Below, in pieces: positions 10,601 to 19,779 of a DNA stretch of 64,000 nucleotides. The position numbers and the translations under genes are program-made. The notes beneath the pieces were generated by a model that made no database searches, was not told where the DNA came from, and worked only from the letters and a program-made list of their open reading frames with translations. Each line of letters starts with the position of its first letter. Position 1 is the stretch's first letter. The stretch lies in IMG/VR virus record IMGVR_UViG_3300046653_000093, positions 151,809 to 215,808 of that record; one strand, given 5' to 3'.

Positions 10601-12705
10601 TAAATCTTAACAGGGCTAGGAATACTAGATAGTGTAGGATCCCCCGTTCCATGAACACCATTTATAACTGTAATGTCTGTTTCTCCAACACCACCACAAG
10701 TGAACGAAACACTATCAATAATAAATCTTCCATATGCTGTAATATCTGGATTAGTAGGATCTATAGGTTGAACCACAATGGTTCTTCCAGCATTCAACCC
10801 CTCAGTTGCCAGATCTAATGGAATGGTATATTTTACTGCGTTTGGATAACCAGTTACATTACTAGCTGTGGCAACCCAATATCCATCACCTTCGGTAAAT
10901 CTTGGCTTTGCCAAAGAGTCTCTACGATTTCCATTGACAAAAACATTACGCCCACTAACAGGCATAATGATTAGCGTTGAAAAGTTTGCTGCTGCATCAG
11001 CACTTGCAAAAGTACCAATATGGACCGGGGTTGCAAAACCAGCACGGTGTCCACCAAGGCCTAATGCGTCATTGCCATCAACCGCATCTCCTACAACATT
11101 TCTTACATATATTCCTGGCACCAGTGATAGTGGCGGGGCGTATTGGCCAGAAATAATGCTAAAGGCAGCTCCTCCAATAGAATCCGCCAGCATAACACCA
11201 AACTCACCCTTGTAATTGAATGCAATAAAACGATAATTGTATCCGGCCTTTCTGAATTGTTTATTTGTCTCCTCAACAATGATATCAAGATTATATTTAC
11301 CAGGAGTTGCTCCAGCATTTCCAGTAATATCGATAGGGGCCAAATTTACAAAAGAAGATGGATTTCCATTTGGATACAATCTAAGATACAACAAGTAATG
11401 AGTTGCATCTATCTTATTAGCATCAAAACCAATACCAATAGCTACAGCTCCGCGCGGACTTCCTAAAATAACACTATCAACACGAAGGTCTGAAGATATA
11501 CTGGTATCTGGGTGAGCACCGGCCGCTGCAACAACGCCCCAAGTATCAATATTGAAATTTGGGCGATCAATTCTAGCAGATCCAAAGTATCCGTCAGTCC
11601 CATCGGCTCTAAATAGATTTGTTGATGTGACTCTAACAGACCAAGAAGATCCTGGCACAAAATTAATGGACTTTATTGGAAGCATTGCCTCAACGCCAAA
11701 GCCGTAATTAATCCTAACAATATCTCCAACTTTTACATTTGTAAATATATTATCAAAAGAGAAGCTTGTATTTGTTGGGATGAATGTTATAACATCATCT
11801 CCGTTTCCTATGTTATCATTTGGAGCCAACTGACTAGGCTCTGCCAAATATGCCTGAACTTTTGTTACTGGCACAACATTTACTGTGTATCCATCAGACA
11901 TCAAGTCTTGAATTAGTGCCTTCCTAGAAATTCCATTTGAATTTAGAGTTGCCCGATCAACCCCAATAGATAGGGTTTCTTGATTATCAATGAAATCTAG
12001 AGCCTCTTGAACATTTTGTGTGGTTACTGGAAGCTGCACGAATGTAGAGGCATCCACAGAAATAGCAGCTGCTGTATGAGCTAGAGCTGTAGCATTTTCG
12101 TGCCCAACCAACTCATTATTTATCTCAAGCAATGCTTCGGCGACTTGCGTGGCTGGACGAAGATGATTGTTTCTATCTAATAAACCAGTCCACGAATAAG
12201 TATCCCTGGAATCAACATGCACTGCATTTATGTCAATATGGCTAGCAACATGTCTCGCTTTAGTCAAATTATCTACGAGAAGTACGCCACCAGAAATATG
12301 AATTAGCAAATTGCTGTTTTCTTCTGCTACAAGCTCTTGAACCAATGCAAGTTGAGACTCAGCCACTGTAATAGCCGAATGCAAATCTGTGGTGGAATAA
12401 CTCAGGGCAAGCTTTGTCTCTTGAATTCCGGCATTTGACCCAACTTGATTATCGCTAATTGGAAGAGTAGCCAAACCAATAGCTTGCAAAGCCTCTGCTC
12501 TAGCATTGCCATCAGGGCCAATTAGAACAGAAATACGATCATTCACGCTAGACTTCGATCCTTGCGGATTGATACCAAGCGTTTTCTCAATTGCAAAAAC
12601 GGCATCTCTAAGTTGATTGATAGCCTGAGTACCAAACTCAGAGAGATTGTCATCAATCCTCAAAATTGTCGTATCATTATCTAATGAATTTGGATATCTT
12701 ATCAT
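7630..12705 (-). CDS. Large virion protein (fibre/collar-like) with C-terminal beta-helix (pectin-lyase-like) repeats
   Basis: 1691 aa; N-terminal YPNSLD..AINQLRDAVFAIEKTLG anchor; repeated ISGN/ITGN/VVGN/VRDN in the C-terminal third. Confidence 0.6.
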   Translation of the reverse strand: MIRYPNSLDNDTTILRIDDNLSEFGTQAINQLRDAVFAIEKTLGINPQGSKSSVNDRISVLIGPDGNARAEALQAIGLATLPISDNQVGSNAGIQETKLALSYSTTDLHSAITVAESQLALVQELVAEENSNLLIHISGGVLLVDNLTKARHVASHIDINAVHVDSRDTYSWTGLLDRNNHLRPATQVAEALLEINNELVGHENATALAHTAAAISVDASTFVQLPVTTQNVQEALDFIDNQETLSIGVDRATLNSNGISRKALIQDLMSDGYTVNVVPVTKVQAYLAEPSQLAPNDNIGNGDDVITFIPTNTSFSFDNIFTNVKVGDIVRINYGFGVEAMLPIKSINFVPGSSWSVRVTSTNLFRADGTDGYFGSARIDRPNFNIDTWGVVAAAGAHPDTSISSDLRVDSVILGSPRGAVAIGIGFDANKIDATHYLLYLRLYPNGNPSSFVNLAPIDITGNAGATPGKYNLDIIVEETNKQFRKAGYNYRFIAFNYKGEFGVMLADSIGGAAFSIISGQYAPPLSLVPGIYVRNVVGDAVDGNDALGLGGHRAGFATPVHIGTFASADAAANFSTLIIMPVSGRNVFVNGNRRDSLAKPRFTEGDGYWVATASNVTGYPNAVKYTIPLDLATEGLNAGRTIVVQPIDPTNPDITAYGRFIIDSVSFTCGGVGETDITVINGVHGTGDPTLSSIPSPVKIYLSDDSVFFNLNNMVGDDPLGYNHYHEVFINNLGKSVSVERARIPKSDSITNTPGIPGAASGGVGGTGVAGLSGWNIRRVSPKLKGYGGSNFRNYITLNVIGYNSSTGEFTIYLSDLNGANIGNVVNGKKNSIIRLYDVTFVNFIDIEFRDDVADPGTTIPSLGWTYIELFGSLIENEEYFVIAGVSHNDQAFMSVTDLREFGTLSEENFTDSAIKFIEAGERYLHTNGVVRGFTFGFSDATNSVLTFNGGMALVNGAFVPVDSLEVKLPEVRSSITNVVEFFICVTETGQLKAIVKDTGVEFFEVNSLYFVESLSFRNIVDTRKDLTIIAKAMVTIGDPGGFSSLLVTDARRHVINQDIGSFTWASTEQVAGYNANFITPQALVNWVNEYGVAEVKVKTVTINSEMQLAFNNFVTLKGGTYEINSAKGLSFKSGNWRIEEATINYHPHRDASFSSYATTYPDEFFNTSAIGLTGTDGNWGAVLVDMVNLGFIDNYGVDNCVFFADSNKRPPFIAVYGNGSEFANGKFTNNRFSDSGTVVVGGTPVGLGNSTTALALAFINTETDPANDGQLFIDTVISGNTVDAQQGMIITSRWIPDNLNAGQYLQRSRALVSNVSIRNNRFGYIGWMVQGSPFNVAMSGSFFVQDNIAEVIYSGVSATANIFAAPYTYGIGVTDVPEFPVENIVTNNHAYFLKADATSSSGLFKSVVSGNVVILGYTGMFLSLIPIPGPPNPFTPIGLIITSNDGGSVVCSGNQIDGFDYNLTIWGCGGTITGNVIKNIPTNGWGIYFFTPPIATEQPTVVVGNTLEHQNGTLGFGGWIHAPNSVVRDNAFSHLVIDDQYIITTNGLAFGNNRIAYQSPTAPVTIPTTALPDTSSNDVKYSTSLLTGDTIFAEIYLRVFVPSGGDLFLSAAASENSVPVETYSMSPLTPGTYTVIMPIHHVMASDGFFDLNVYVGGATTTGFITVSNVYVSNPKWANITIYRPRPFFG

Positions 12706-12716
12706 ATTCTTCTCAA

Positions 12717-14531
12717 TTATATTCGAATAAACTCAAAATCTCCCCAATTGTTATTACTAACAAACATTTGAGTAATAATACCTGAATCTGAAACTCCAGC
12801 AGATGCCCAAACCTGCACACCAAATGCACCAGGTGATGACTGCGCTTGCCAATAAATAGGAATCGTAACATATTCAAGTGCAGTCGCTGCTATTTGAAGA
12901 GTAAAGTCAGCAACATCAACTGCATCTTCATAAACTCTAATATTAAGCAAAATAGTACCGGAGGTTACATTAACCTTGAAATATATATTTCCTCTAATAA
13001 TATCACCAGTAAGTACACCTGCCCAAGCAACATTTACAAAATTAGCATCAGTATCTTGTATTTGTATATATCCACCAGTGTTACTCACGGTAAAATTAAT
13101 TCCATTAGTCGGAAAACCTGATTGAGCCGCAACTGTTGGTTGTTGAATAACATTTCCGCCGGAAAGACGAGTTAGAATTGTATCTAATCCCTGCGAAAAA
13201 AGAACGCCGCCATTAACAAATAAATAAACGCCAGACGGAGCTGTAACCGGAACAGCAGCGCTTTCTGTTATCTGCAGCGTACTACCAGCAAAACTAACTT
13301 TCCCAAGATTTGAGTTTATGTTTACGTTACCATCGCCACTAAGATTGACACTGAATCCAGCGTTCAAATTTAAGTCTCCACCAATTCCGGTATTGCTATT
13401 TTGAGCTTGAATAGTTAATGGTTGACCAGTGGCTAATGAAACTTGAGTAGTATCTTGAGATATTGTTGGGGTAACATCATCTGCACTAAATATGACGTTA
13501 GATATGATATCACCTAAAAATGATATCCCTCCACCAGGCGAACTATATATATAAACATTTCCAGCCACATTGGTGTTCGGGTTATACCCAGACTCTAGCC
13601 ACAAATTACCAGGGCTTCCACCTGGGAAATGTGGTGCACCATTGATAATTGACTGAGCCCTAATAAACATATCAGTGGCAATTTCTACATCATGGTCCCC
13701 TTGCGATAATAGAGCCGGATAAGCCTTATCAAACATCAGGCCAGTAGCAATAACATCAACAATACCTGGATAGCTAGTTAGATATACATTTCCTTTTTGG
13801 CCATTAAGAGTATCTCCAGATTCAAGAAATAAATTGCTAGGAGATCCAGAAGTATTCGTATTTCTCTGAGAAACGATGCGTAAATCGTTAGCTGCTCCTG
13901 AAGTGCTAATGTCGGCTTGTGTTATAACCGGATCAATAACAGAACTATTGAATTGTAAAATAGGCGAAGTCAAATCAATTGGAGCATCTCCACTTATCAA
14001 ACGTAAAGTTCCCCAATTGGCCGATGTTGAAATATTAGTGCCAGAAGCCAGCCATAATTCACCACCAGTACCTGAGAAAACAGAGTCTAAATTACTTTGT
14101 GCTTGAATTAGAAAATATGGAGCCCCACCAGGATAATTAGCAGAATCTTGAGATATTAATGGATACGCAGCACTAGCATCAAATATCAAACCAGAATATC
14201 CTCCATCATAGCTTATCTTGAGAGGCGATGGCTCAATATCATTAGTAGTTGTGAACTCAATATCATTAGTAGTTGTGAACATCGGAATTGATCCGGGGTT
14301 CGTGTCGATACTCCACGGTGTTCCAAGAGTCACAACATTTCCAAGCGTAATTAATAGGTTGTACAAATCAACCAACGCTTGTTGAACGTTTCCTGAATAA
14401 ATCTCAGAGATATTGCTGGCTGGATGAATCCAATCCCCGCCGGTCACGTGGGCATTAAAGTCCTGCTTAGCCGTAGCGGAAAATCCAGCTTGAATAGTCC
14501 GATTAGAACCTATGAATCTAGTCCTTGCCAT
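12717..14531 (-). CDS. Fibre-like virion protein with internal ~70-aa repeats
   Basis: Recurring I-x-A-Q-S..G(N/E)LWLESG..GNVY; 604 aa. Confidence 0.55.
   Translation of the reverse strand: MARTRFIGSNRTIQAGFSATAKQDFNAHVTGGDWIHPASNISEIYSGNVQQALVDLYNLLITLGNVVTLGTPWSIDTNPGSIPMFTTTNDIEFTTTNDIEPSPLKISYDGGYSGLIFDASAAYPLISQDSANYPGGAPYFLIQAQSNLDSVFSGTGGELWLASGTNISTSANWGTLRLISGDAPIDLTSPILQFNSSVIDPVITQADISTSGAANDLRIVSQRNTNTSGSPSNLFLESGDTLNGQKGNVYLTSYPGIVDVIATGLMFDKAYPALLSQGDHDVEIATDMFIRAQSIINGAPHFPGGSPGNLWLESGYNPNTNVAGNVYIYSSPGGGISFLGDIISNVIFSADDVTPTISQDTTQVSLATGQPLTIQAQNSNTGIGGDLNLNAGFSVNLSGDGNVNINSNLGKVSFAGSTLQITESAAVPVTAPSGVYLFVNGGVLFSQGLDTILTRLSGGNVIQQPTVAAQSGFPTNGINFTVSNTGGYIQIQDTDANFVNVAWAGVLTGDIIRGNIYFKVNVTSGTILLNIRVYEDAVDVADFTLQIAATALEYVTIPIYWQAQSSPGAFGVQVWASAGVSDSGIITQMFVSNNNWGDFEFIRI
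14232..14279. repeat. Perfect 24-bp tandem duplication (in frame)
   Basis: ctcaatatcattagtagttgtgaa x2; encodes FTTTNDIE twice. Confidence 0.95.
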
Positions 14532-14555
14532 ATTCTAATGCCCCAATATTGCGAG

Positions 14556-15368
14556 TTAAAGAATATCTTTGACAATATCAAATTTACGCCTCAAATACCT
14601 ATCGGAATCTATAATATCTGAATACAGCCAATTAGCAATCTGTCTGCATATGTTGTTTCCATTATATTGTAAAAGTGAAGTTCTCCATCCGTTCAAAGAC
14701 TTTTCTAAACATCTATCTGGTAAGCCTCCATACTCAACAAAGCAAGAATTCATTCCCCTTAAAAAATCTTCAGTACCTCTTGTAGAAAATACCATCTGCC
14801 CTTTGTGATTTGGTCTGGATTTAGCTTTGTGAATTGCCCAACATCCATCTCCGTCAAAATAACCACGACAAAAAGCAGATAACATATCTTGTTGTATATT
14901 TGGAAATTTTAGAATCTTTGTTTTCCTTGGTAAAATGCCAAACCTCTGTAAATCAACAACCATTTTTGGAGAACAAAAAGCAAATGAATAGCATACGGAA
15001 TTTTCAGACTCAACACGTGTTAATTTGTGTTCTGATCCAAGGTCTTTTTTAAATAACCTTAAATGATCAATATCCTTTTCGGCTAATGCAAGCCTAACTT
15101 GATTCTTGAAAACACACCCATCAGCAGCAATAAAACCAGCCCAATAACAAGATTTTAAAGTGTCATTTGAAAAGAAATCATGATTTACTGGCAGATTACC
15201 ATGATTATTGGACTTATAAACAATACCAAAACGCCTCATCATTGAGGATACAACGGCGTGTGAGGTATTATATTTTTCAGCTACTAACCTAAGAGAGCCT
15301 AATAATTCATAATCATTCAACAAAGATATTTTGGTTATTTCTTGAGAATTTTCAAATCTAGCATTCAT
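14556..15368 (-). CDS. Free-standing LAGLIDADG homing endonuclease
   Basis: Two LAGLIDADG motifs (YWAGFIAADGC, FCRGYFDGDGC) plus an HTH-like N-terminus. Confidence 0.88.
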   Translation of the reverse strand: MNARFENSQEITKISLLNDYELLGSLRLVAEKYNTSHAVVSSMMRRFGIVYKSNNHGNLPVNHDFFSNDTLKSCYWAGFIAADGCVFKNQVRLALAEKDIDHLRLFKKDLGSEHKLTRVESENSVCYSFAFCSPKMVVDLQRFGILPRKTKILKFPNIQQDMLSAFCRGYFDGDGCWAIHKAKSRPNHKGQMVFSTRGTEDFLRGMNSCFVEYGGLPDRCLEKSLNGWRTSLLQYNGNNICRQIANWLYSDIIDSDRYLRRKFDIVKDIL

Positions 15369-15382
15369 AAAATAATACTGAA

Positions 15383-17476
15383 CTATTCCATGTTTGATAG
15401 TATTATTGTGTGCGAATGATTTAAAACGGTACCCACAATACCCGCCGAGATCGGGTGGTTGTGCCCACGATCTATACTTGTCATTTGATTTATTTGGGAA
15501 ATATGCCTAATCTTCTCATTAATGGTGATTCTATGCATATGGGCGGGTATGCCTCCAGGGCCCATTACCATTCCAATGGAAGTAAGAATCTCAGATGGAA
15601 GAGTACTAGTGTCACGAATTGAACGAACTTGATAAATAGGATCTGTCTTACGTACACGTACTGCGGTGAACTTCTGAGCACCTGACTCAAAAAGCATAGT
15701 CCTATTTCTATCTACATCGATGATTTCATAACGCCATTCTTCAGTTCCATCTTGATTGAATCTGATTATAAAATCCCCATCCTTGACTGTTGGTGTCACC
15801 AACGTCCAACAATTAGCAATATAGGTATTCTCAATACCTGCGTCTTCACGTTTGAAATCTTCCTTGGTTGGTCCAAAGCGAACCAAAATCTTGCCGTCAC
15901 TTTCACGTGGATTGAAATATTGTTCATATCCAGTTACCAAAGAAGTTCCATAAGTATCTATTCCGCGATACGTTGTATTTTCGCGTGTAGAGCTGGTATG
16001 CCGCGATTGCTTTCCTGACCATTGACGTCGAAACAAAACTACCCGCTCTCCAGTGACCTGAAGTAGATACTCCTCTCTCATATCCATGTGTTCTTGAACG
16101 CTCAACCCGCGTACGGACCCATCACATTCCGATCCATCGGCATACTCTCCACCAAAATAGGTTCCTACGCACTTTCCTGATAACCAATCTGGCAAGAATG
16201 TACGATCCCAACCCGCTTGATCGTAGATTGGAAATCCGGCATTTGCAACATCTACAACATTGAGGTTGCCAGTTCCTGATAAGATATCTGTACGTTCCCG
16301 GAACCCATCTTTATTGGTTCTAGCATACTGCTCATCAAATCTGATGGTAACCATACCAATGGCCACATTAAGATCCTGCCAACCTTCCCAAAGGCGCACA
16401 AATGGATTGTCGTGATGATGTCGGTATCCGTCATATCCATCGATAGTATGCGGACGAGCACCGCTAGGGCCTCCATTAACCACATACCCATCAACATCCA
16501 CTAGAAAGTAGTCCCCACGTTTGAATGGAATCGTTCCATTATTAATGGCAAAACTCAAAATACCATTAGAAACAATAACTCCATCAGGATTCCATATTAC
16601 AGGATCTCCGTAGCCATCTAAAGCAGAGCCTGTTAGAGATCCAATCGCCCCAAACTTAGCATAGCCATCATTTTCAGAACCATCTAGCGAACAGAAAATC
16701 TTCCAATCTTGAATTATAGATTTTCCATCTATCAATTCCAAATTTGAAATATAGCCATTACCAACATTATTTCCAACACTATAACCATCTATATAAGATA
16801 GACTACTCAAAATATCATCTGATAAATAACCACGTTGTAATCCAGATAGATTTGGGAAAATCAAATATTCTGGACAATGACAATGATGCTCACGACGTTC
16901 TGAGCAATGGCAATGATGTCCCTTATCGCAATGGTGCTCTTCTGAGCAATTGCATTTTGGCCTTAATGTTCCAACATCAACATGAGAATAGAATATTAGT
17001 TCGTGTCCAATTTTGACAACTCCAATTGGCGGGAACCCGGCAACATCATTCAAATACATGATGTCATCGGTAGCTGTCATATTCTGAACCAAAACAGCTT
17101 CTGGGGCTATTTTAGATCCTGGATCGCCATCTAAGAGCTGATCGTATAGAAGCGTTCCGGATGCATATGCAGATCCCTTTACAGCAAAATAATAGGTTCT
17201 TCCAGGGCTAAATGCATCAAAAATATTAAGGGACAGAAACTGATCTTTGGTATTCGGCCTAACTATTAGCTTTACGCCCTCATCATAAATCTTAGTCTGA
17301 TTTGTAGACCAATATATGTTGTAAAAAAGATCCCAATTACCAGGCTGCTTTTGCTGAATGTATTCCTTGTACCATTGAAGCGCAACAGTATACCCATCCC
17401 CACCACATACCACTGTACGAACGCCATGGAGTGATGCGTCAAATGTACGCAGAAATACTGGAGGGTTGCATGCCAT
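15383..17476 (-). CDS. Putative neck/head-closure protein, multidomain
   Basis: FN3-like N-terminus (LQW..YNIYWS..PGRTYYFAVKG), His/Cys insert, a domain shared with the sheath, closure-like core (WTLVTPTVKDGDFIIR..WRYEI) and C-terminal HxH repeats. Confidence 0.5.
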   Translation of the reverse strand: MACNPPVFLRTFDASLHGVRTVVCGGDGYTVALQWYKEYIQQKQPGNWDLFYNIYWSTNQTKIYDEGVKLIVRPNTKDQFLSLNIFDAFSPGRTYYFAVKGSAYASGTLLYDQLLDGDPGSKIAPEAVLVQNMTATDDIMYLNDVAGFPPIGVVKIGHELIFYSHVDVGTLRPKCNCSEEHHCDKGHHCHCSERREHHCHCPEYLIFPNLSGLQRGYLSDDILSSLSYIDGYSVGNNVGNGYISNLELIDGKSIIQDWKIFCSLDGSENDGYAKFGAIGSLTGSALDGYGDPVIWNPDGVIVSNGILSFAINNGTIPFKRGDYFLVDVDGYVVNGGPSGARPHTIDGYDGYRHHHDNPFVRLWEGWQDLNVAIGMVTIRFDEQYARTNKDGFRERTDILSGTGNLNVVDVANAGFPIYDQAGWDRTFLPDWLSGKCVGTYFGGEYADGSECDGSVRGLSVQEHMDMREEYLLQVTGERVVLFRRQWSGKQSRHTSSTRENTTYRGIDTYGTSLVTGYEQYFNPRESDGKILVRFGPTKEDFKREDAGIENTYIANCWTLVTPTVKDGDFIIRFNQDGTEEWRYEIIDVDRNRTMLFESGAQKFTAVRVRKTDPIYQVRSIRDTSTLPSEILTSIGMVMGPGGIPAHMHRITINEKIRHISQINQMTSIDRGHNHPISAGIVGTVLNHSHTIILSNME

Positions 17477-17490
17477 AATTACATGCTGGA

Positions 17491-18078
17491 TTATCCTACA
17501 ACATTAATATCAACGTTGAATAGGCTCGCTAATTCCAGCAGTTTTTCACGTCTCTCATCTCTTTTTTTATCATCATCTTTATCACGTGTATGATGATCGA
17601 GCACCTGATCTACGTACTCCTCTGCCTCATCATCGCTTTTGGTATCAGAAATGTACTTAGTCTGATTGCGAAATCCTTCTTGTTCGGTAGGATTATCAAG
17701 ATAATTATCGTCAGTTGAACCAGGAGTTGCCTTGCTACCAGTAGTTTGCTGGCAAACATGAGTCATCTCATGCGGAAGATAATGATCATTTTCCTTCATC
17801 TTTTCATCGATATGAAGCCTTTCATGTGCAAGGTAATTATCATCATCTCCGCCGGTAAACAGGTCAACGTTCAAATAGATGACACCATGATCTGTACGCG
17901 CCGAAACTGGAATTTTGGCAACACAAATTGGCCACAAATCAAGCTCTTCTCTCTTGATATCATACTCCTTAAGCATGTCTTTGACTACATCGCTGTCAAA
18001 AACTCGCTTCTTGAGCTTATCAATAACAGGGGCCAGCTTCTTGTGTGGAAGGCCTTTGGTTACAATCTCTTCCGGCAT
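17491..18078 (-). CDS. Zn metallopeptidase-like protein (HExxH)
   Basis: GVIYLN..YLPHEMTHVCQ..YLDNPTEQEGF; start refined to MPEEIV. Confidence 0.65.
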   Translation of the reverse strand: MPEEIVTKGLPHKKLAPVIDKLKKRVFDSDVVKDMLKEYDIKREELDLWPICVAKIPVSARTDHGVIYLNVDLFTGGDDDNYLAHERLHIDEKMKENDHYLPHEMTHVCQQTTGSKATPGSTDDNYLDNPTEQEGFRNQTKYISDTKSDDEAEEYVDQVLDHHTRDKDDDKKRDERREKLLELASLFNVDINVVG

Positions 18079-18103
18079 AATAAAGTGCGGGAATATGCAG
18101 GGA

Positions 18104-18535
18104 TTATTCCTGGATGAAATCCTCGTAGAAACTATCACTCTGCTTCAGATTACTTACCTGGGAATCCCAATTGTTCCATAATTCACGGGCAAGATTGGTA
18201 AAGTCATAAAAGTTTAAAACTCCAGGATTATAGCTAATGCCATTATCAGATATAGCTGGCCCTGGAATTTTGCTAGCTACCTCAGATGCTTTCTTGGCCA
18301 GCAACACATAAGCCGCATAAGTTACCAAGATGTCTGAAAGTTGGGCTACATTCTCCTCGTCTTCATCAAAAGAAAAATATGTTATAGCTGGTACCATATT
18401 GAACGCGCTCAGCGCTAATTGAAGAGCCAACCTAACATCATTGGTGTTGGTTTCATCACTATCAAGCCCAATACGAAATTTAACTACCTCTACAAGATTA
18501 TCTAAAACTGACATGCGAACCTCCAATGGGTTCAT
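18104..18535 (-). CDS. Neck/adaptor paralog
   Basis: ALSAFNMVPAITYFSFD..SDILV..ISDNGISY aligns with 18847..19758. Confidence 0.5.
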   Translation of the reverse strand: MNPLEVRMSVLDNLVEVVKFRIGLDSDETNTNDVRLALQLALSAFNMVPAITYFSFDEDEENVAQLSDILVTYAAYVLLAKKASEVASKIPGPAISDNGISYNPGVLNFYDFTNLARELWNNWDSQVSNLKQSDSFYEDFIQE

Positions 18536-18538
18536 ATA

Positions 18539-18826
18539 TCAGCCTGGCGGCGGAGGTGGAGGCGGAGGTACATCTAGAGCATTTACAATTGGCATTAGCT
18601 TTGCCGGCAAGGTTCCCTTAAGTAATAAGGTTGTGCCTTGCAGTATCAACCATGGATCTCCTGGTAGAGCGCCACGAATTACCTTGAGAAACCCTCCCAG
18701 TTTAGGATGCTTAAGAACCCAAGTATCCAGTTGACTTCGATGTCCTAATAGTAGATTGCAAATATACAGTGAAATGATCGCAATCCAAACATAATGAACT
18801 GTAATAAATGTAATTATCTGCTGCAT
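18539..18826 (-). CDS. Small membrane protein (holin-like)
   Basis: Hydrophobic N-terminus, Pro-rich tail; start refined to MQQIITF. Confidence 0.4.
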   Translation of the reverse strand: MQQIITFITVHYVWIAIISLYICNLLLGHRSQLDTWVLKHPKLGGFLKVIRGALPGDPWLILQGTTLLLKGTLPAKLMPIVNALDVPPPPPPPPG

Positions 18827-18846
18827 ATAAATATGCACTGATATTA

Positions 18847-19758
18847 TTAGAATATTTGACGTTCGCGGAGATGGCGTAAACGGCGCACTTGAGGACTTGC
18901 ACCACCAACGAATGATAGGGTTCCAAGACCGAGGGGTGAGGGTTTCATGTTGTGCTTAATCAACTTACATTTTTCGTACCAAGCATCCATTTCACTTTTG
19001 TACTGAGTATTCAAAAGCTCTGCCTGTTGTGGTGGTGTAAATCCAATACCATTATCATTGATAGTGAACTCTCTACCACGCTCAATCAGAGCCTGGGCAC
19101 CTAAAGCCAAATACAACGATCCTTGAACCAAAATGTCATGGAATTGCTCAATAATTGGAGTATCATCCCAAGTGAATAGGGTAAAATGAGGTATCTCGTT
19201 GAACATGGTAAGAGATTCGCAGATAAAGGCTACCAATTCATCAACTGTAAATACATCGCAATCCTTGTAAATTGGATTGCCATGCTCATCCATTCTACGC
19301 GCCTTGCCACGAGCCTTGAGCCTTGCCCTTAGTGATTTCACTACATTGTTGATGTTACAGATGGCAATTTGACTAAAATTAAAGCCTGGGTCATCTCCTA
19401 GTTTATGTAACCCATCAGTATTGAGTCCTGGAAGCTGGGAGTTGAATGTAGTGAATGTATATTCACCAAGTATATTATATTCCTGATAGAGGCCACTCCA
19501 AGCATCTCTCCAAGTTCCAACTGGGGGATAAAGACCAACACAGTAATTGAATTGATATGTACCTACACCAATTCTCATGACGCCAGAACTGGTTGGACCA
19601 ACAGCAACGCCACCACTAGGCTGAATAACCGTGACAGTTGGAAAGCTGTCCAAGTCAACAGGAGATCCATCAATAGCGAATTTAGCCGCAAGAGCTACAA
19701 TGTCATTTGGTTGTATAATCTCTGAGCGAGGAAGAGTGGCCATACTTCTATGCGCCAT
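18847..19758 (-). CDS. Putative head-tail adaptor/neck protein
   Basis: Ig-like N-terminus (GVGTYQFNY..GTWRDAW) plus helical adaptor-like C-terminus; position in neck region. Confidence 0.5.
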   Translation of the reverse strand: MAHRSMATLPRSEIIQPNDIVALAAKFAIDGSPVDLDSFPTVTVIQPSGGVAVGPTSSGVMRIGVGTYQFNYCVGLYPPVGTWRDAWSGLYQEYNILGEYTFTTFNSQLPGLNTDGLHKLGDDPGFNFSQIAICNINNVVKSLRARLKARGKARRMDEHGNPIYKDCDVFTVDELVAFICESLTMFNEIPHFTLFTWDDTPIIEQFHDILVQGSLYLALGAQALIERGREFTINDNGIGFTPPQQAELLNTQYKSEMDAWYEKCKLIKHNMKPSPLGLGTLSFVGGASPQVRRLRHLRERQIF

Positions 19759-19779
19759 TAAGCGAAGAACTTTGCGTCT

